64,000 nt of DNA from Plasmodiophora brassicae (lineage: Eukaryota). Below the pieces are notes generated by a model. That model was not told the origin of the DNA and searched no databases. It worked only from the letters and a program-made list of their open reading frames with translations. Of this stretch, positions 59,991 to 64,000 are shown in pieces. Each line of letters opens with the position of its first letter. The stretch's first letter is position 1. The position numbers were made by a program, and so were the translations under genes. The stretch lies in contig CP145419.1 in assembly GCA_036867785.1 (NCBI GenBank), positions 1 to 64,000 of the forward strand. The letters are read 5' to 3'.

Positions 59991-61829
59991 ATGCGTTTCT
60001 GGTCACGACAACGTCCCGATCGTCAACCAGCGCCCGCCTCAGACACCGATCATGCGGGACGGGGCGCGGTGCCTGCGCCCGTCGATTTTCGGCTCGTGTT
60101 CGAGGCGCTCCCCGCCCTGTGCCTCGTCCTCGACCCCAACCTGCACATCGTGGCGAGCAGCGGTGCCTACCTGGAGGCCACGATGACGCGCCGGGAAGAC
60201 ATCGCGGGGCGGTACCTGTTCGACGTGTTCCCCGACAACCCCAGTGACCCGTCTGCCACGGGCGTTGCCAACCTGCGCTCGTCGCTGGCGTACGTCCTGA
60301 AGCATCGCACGGCGCATGCGATGGCCGTGCAGAGATATCCAGTCCGGAAGCCCGGCGGCGGGTTCCAGCTCAGGTATTGGAGCCCGGTGAACTCCCCCGT
60401 CCTGGACTCGGACACCGGCGACCTCAAGTACATCATCCATCGCGTCGAAGACGTCACCGAGCTGGTCGCCGCCCGCGACCGTGAGGTCTACCTCGAGGTG
60501 GAGCGGCAGCGACGGGTCGGAGCCGAGGAGACGGTCCGCCGCATGGAGTGGGAGGTGGTGCAGCGCGCCGAGCAGGTCCAGCGGCAGGCACAGGAGCTGG
60601 AGAGGATGAACATGGAGCTGGCCGAGGCGCGCGACAAGGCCATCGAGGCGTCCAACGTCAAGTCGGCGTTCGTCGCGACCATCAGCCACGAGCTGCGCAC
60701 GCCGCTGACTGGCATCCTCGGCTTCACCGACCTGCTCGCCGCGACGCCCCTGTCCGGCGACCAGAACGACCTGCTTGGCCTGATCGGTGATTCAGCGCGC
60801 GTCCTGCTCGCCCTGGTCAACGACATCCTCGACATGTCCAAGCTGGAGGCGGGCAAGGTCGTCCTGGAGCACATCCCGTTCCAGGTGCGCAACGTGGTCC
60901 GGAATTGTGAGCGCCTGCTGCAAGGGCCGGCGAACCTCAAATCCCTCCATCTGCGCGTCGCTGTCGGCGATCGCGTTCCTGCCCTGGTGCGAGGCGACCC
61001 GAGCCGCCTGCGCCAGATTCTGACGAACCTGCTCAGCAACGCCATCAAGTTCACCGATGCCGGCGGCGTGACCCTGAGCGTCGATCGGGCCGACGAACAG
61101 GACCGGGACGACGACGGCGACGACGACGACGTCGTCCGCATACGATTCAAAATCACCGACACCGGGATCGGCATCGCCGACTCGCTCCTGACGCGACTGT
61201 TCGAGCCGTTCTCGCAGGTGGACTCGTCGGACACGAGGAAGTACGGCGGCACGGGCCTCGGCCTGCACATCGTCAGGACGCTAGCGGAGCTGATGGGCGG
61301 GCAGGTCGGCGTCCAGAGCGTCGCCGGCCAGGGATCCGTCTTCTGGGTCGACATCCCGTTCGGCGTCGTCGACCGGGCCGGCGATGCCGGCGGCGTCGCA
61401 GTAGCAGGTGCCGTCGACCAGGTCGCCGGGTCCGGCGCCGGCAAGGCCGCGGAGAAGGTCATCCTCGTGGTCGACGACAACTCGATGATTCGACAGCTGG
61501 TGTGCAGGCAGCTGTCCAAGCTCGGCTACCGGAACGTGCTCGTGGCGGTCAACGGGCAGGACGCCCTGTCCAAGTTCGAGGCATCGGGCCCGGTGGACCT
61601 CATCCTGATGGACGGGCAGATGCCCGAGCTCGATGGCAACGGCGCCACCATGGCCCTGCGCGACATCGAATCGCGATCGCCTGGCTGCGTCGCAGTCCCG
61701 ATCATCGCCATGACGGCCAGCGCCATGCACCGCGACCGCGAGATGTGCCTCCGGGCCGGCATGAACGATGTGCTGACGAAACCGTTCACGCTGACCGAGC
61801 TCGCGTCCACGCTGGAGAAATGGTTATGA
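59991..61829 (+). CDS. Hybrid sensor histidine kinase 2 (tandem paralog), intronless; start uncertain
   Basis: Same motifs: SHELRTPL, NLLSNAIKFT, DTGIGI, GGTGLGL, LMDGQMP, LTKPF. Confidence 0.95.
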   Translation: MRFWSRQRPDRQPAPASDTDHAGRGAVPAPVDFRLVFEALPALCLVLDPNLHIVASSGAYLEATMTRREDIAGRYLFDVFPDNPSDPSATGVANLRSSLAYVLKHRTAHAMAVQRYPVRKPGGGFQLRYWSPVNSPVLDSDTGDLKYIIHRVEDVTELVAARDREVYLEVERQRRVGAEETVRRMEWEVVQRAEQVQRQAQELERMNMELAEARDKAIEASNVKSAFVATISHELRTPLTGILGFTDLLAATPLSGDQNDLLGLIGDSARVLLALVNDILDMSKLEAGKVVLEHIPFQVRNVVRNCERLLQGPANLKSLHLRVAVGDRVPALVRGDPSRLRQILTNLLSNAIKFTDAGGVTLSVDRADEQDRDDDGDDDDVVRIRFKITDTGIGIADSLLTRLFEPFSQVDSSDTRKYGGTGLGLHIVRTLAELMGGQVGVQSVAGQGSVFWVDIPFGVVDRAGDAGGVAVAGAVDQVAGSGAGKAAEKVILVVDDNSMIRQLVCRQLSKLGYRNVLVAVNGQDALSKFEASGPVDLILMDGQMPELDGNGATMALRDIESRSPGCVAVPIIAMTASAMHRDREMCLRAGMNDVLTKPFTLTELASTLEKWL

Positions 61830-62335
61830 CCCAGGCGACGACGACGCCTGTGTCGTGGGTTCCCGTCTTCCCTATTATGTGTATATACGTAGTGTGTGCG
61901 CCTGGCCGGATCGATAGCACCGCGCCAGGTGCGGGCCCTGATAAACAATATACCAACTGTCACCTGTCTCCGCGATACGGCCTCGGGCGCGGCACCGTTG
62001 GCCGCAGCAGGTGCAGCGTCGCGGCTCGGGCCCTTGTGTAGGAATTGCGGTCCTGCAGCGCAATGGGACTGCGCGGGGTTGTCTGACCACCTGTCACCGC
62101 CCGCGACGACGCGTCCCGCATCGGATGTCTGTCTCACCCGCCCATGCAGTGCACTGCCGTCCCTCGCCGTGGAAGTCTCCTTGGCACGGCACCACCGCCG
62201 GCCGTCGGCCGTCCCCTTTGGCGGCAGTGAGTAGTCGTCGCACATTTTGGGTCGGTGGTGAACGCGAGCCGCCCCAATACAGATTGCGCGCCGGCCGCCC
62301 CCCGCCGCGCACATCGTCAGGCGGCGTGCGGCATC

Positions 62336-63649
62336 ATGGCGCAGCTGCACTGGATCGAGGCGGGCCTGCTGCTGTCGGCGTTCCTCGACCTGGTCGAGGA
62401 CCTCGCCTGGGTCACGTCGGGCGTCGCCATCGTCCTCCTGTCCCTGCATCGGTGGCGGGTCTCGCTGACGGCCCTGTATACGTCGCTGGCGGTCGGCGCC
62501 CTGGCCCGCCTCGGCGTCATCGTCGCCATGCCCGGCGTCCGCGTCGCGTTCCTCGTCGTCGCCGTCCTGTTCGCGCTGCTGCACCCGATCGCCGTCTTCC
62601 CCGACCTGTCCGGCCCGTACCTCGTCGGGTGCCGCACCGAGCGCCTGCGCGGCATCGACTGTCGCATCCTGTACCCGACGACGCGTGCGTCGTCGTCGTC
62701 GGGCGCGGACCTCGTCCCGTACCTCGAGTGGCACCGGCACACGCCGGCGGGCATCGCCAAGTACGCCGGCATGCCCGCGTTCCTGTTCGCCCACCTGCCG
62801 TCGTTCCGCCTGCGCGCCTACCGCCATGCGCCCGTCGCCGACGACCAGGCGTCGCACCCGCTGATCGTCTTCTCCCACGGTGCGTAGGGCGGGCGGGGCA
62901 CGCCACCGAACCGATGATTGCTGACGCCCCTCGTGAGGTCAGGCCTGGGCGGCACGTTCGAGATGTACTCGGCGCTGCTCGAGGACTGGGCGTCGCGCGG
63001 CTTCGTCGTCCTGGCCGTCAACCACGGCGACGGCAGCGCGGCCGCGTTCCGCCGCGCCGACTCGGACGACACGGTCCTGTACGTGCCCGTCGACGACGAC
63101 GGGCAGCGACGCGTGCAACTCGAGCACCGCGTCGCCGAGCTGTCCAGGGCGGTGAGCGCGTTCCTCGACGTGGGCCCGCCGTCCATCCCGGTCGACCCGG
63201 CCCGCGTCTTTGTCGTCGGGCACTCGTTCGGCGGCGCCACGGCCGTTGCCGCCGCCGCCGACGACCCGCGCTTCCGGGCCGTCGTCGCCTACGACATGTG
63301 GATGATGCCGGTGCCGCCCGAGACGCTGTCGTCGGCGCGCCTTCGCGACCTGCCCGTCGCGCATTGCATCTCGCGGGCCTGGCGCGAGTCGGCGACGTTC
63401 CCCGCGTTCCTGCAGGCGTGCGGGTCGGCGTCGGGCGGCGTCTGGCTCATCGACCAGGCCGACCACGTGTCGTTCAGCGACGTGTACCTGTACTCGCCGT
63501 TCCTGGCGCGCCTGGCGCTGCGCGGCGCCGACCCGGCGACCCGCCCGATCCTGCAGGCGGCCAGCGCGTTCGCCGCCGACTTCCTGTCGGGAGGGCACGA
63601 CGCGACCCGGGCCCCGTCGCCATACATCCGACGCCTGTCGTCGTCGTGA
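62336..63649 (+). CDS. PAF-acetylhydrolase-like alpha/beta hydrolase with hydrophobic N-terminus; intron about 62880-62942
   Basis: SGPYLVGC, ILYP, PLIVFSH|GLGG, ASRGFVVLAVNHGDGSA, GHSFGGAT, AYDMW, DHVSFSD. Confidence 0.88.
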
Positions 63650-63700
63650 ACCTCGCCTGTACTGTGTGTGTGTGTGTGTGCTGCCGCTGCCGCTGCCTGG

Positions 63701-64000
63701 TCACAGGTCGGCGTCCGGCAGCGCCGGGTGCGACTCCAGCAGGGCGTTGAAGCGCGCCATCAGCGACTGGATGCGCTGTGCGTTCGTCGGCGGGGGCGCA
63801 CCCGGCGCCACGGCCGCCGCTGTCTTCTTCGCCCTCGCCGTCGTCGCGCCCTTCGCCCGGGCGCCCGGCTGTGCCCTGCGCCCGGCCGACGGCGGCGCAC
63901 CCGGCGGCTTCTTCTGCGCCGCCTTCTTCGTCGTCGTCGTCTTCTTCACCTTCGCACCGTCCCGCTGGGTGGCCGCGGATCGTGGCCGCTGGTGCCGCCG
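63701..64000 (-). CDS. C-terminus of a Lys/Ala-rich protein that runs off the window
   Basis: Open frame to the stop at 63701: KKTTTTKKAAQKKP...IQSLMARFNALLESHPALPDADL. Confidence 0.5.
   Translation of the reverse strand, partial: RRHQRPRSAATQRDGAKVKKTTTTKKAAQKKPPGAPPSAGRRAQPGARAKGATTARAKKTAAAVAPGAPPPTNAQRIQSLMARFNALLESHPALPDADL

Noticed and set aside
57748-61829. Bacterial contamination explaining the intronless kinases
   Set aside because: They are contiguous with intron-containing eukaryotic genes on a telomere-anchored sequence and show no operon structure.
61526-63750. 450-aa and 579-aa Arg-rich ORFs
   Set aside because: Off-frame or antisense shadows of the PAF-AH and kinase genes.

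Overview
This window is the left end of a GC-rich eukaryotic chromosome, not a prokaryotic genome. The (TTTTAGGG)n telomere, short GT-AG introns and gene content are consistent with a plasmodiophorid such as Plasmodiophora brassicae; the organism is inferred, not proven. From the end inward: (1) telomere, 1-381; (2) about 71 copies of a 169-bp subtelomeric satellite, 380-12387; (3) a decayed subtelomeric zone, 12.4-38.9 kb, holding a truncated H+-ATPase, a non-LTR retrotransposon relic, a Helitron relic, a young rearranged Ty3/Gypsy chromovirus, several palindromes and fold-backs, and a degenerate repeated family; (4) a gene-dense core with a GH144-like membrane-anchored glycosidase, Spo11, VPS26, Snu114/EFTUD2, an ATP-grasp+SET fusion, glutathione reductase, a degenerate MoxR-like AAA+, two tandem intronless hybrid histidine kinases and a PAF-acetylhydrolase. 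Two observations stand out. The chromovirus 5' end appears to preserve a self-primed (Tf1-like) reverse-transcription intermediate. A bacterial-type beta-1,2-glucanase (GH144) domain appears to have been rebuilt into a receptor-like surface protein. All family calls are by eye from motifs; no database searches were run.
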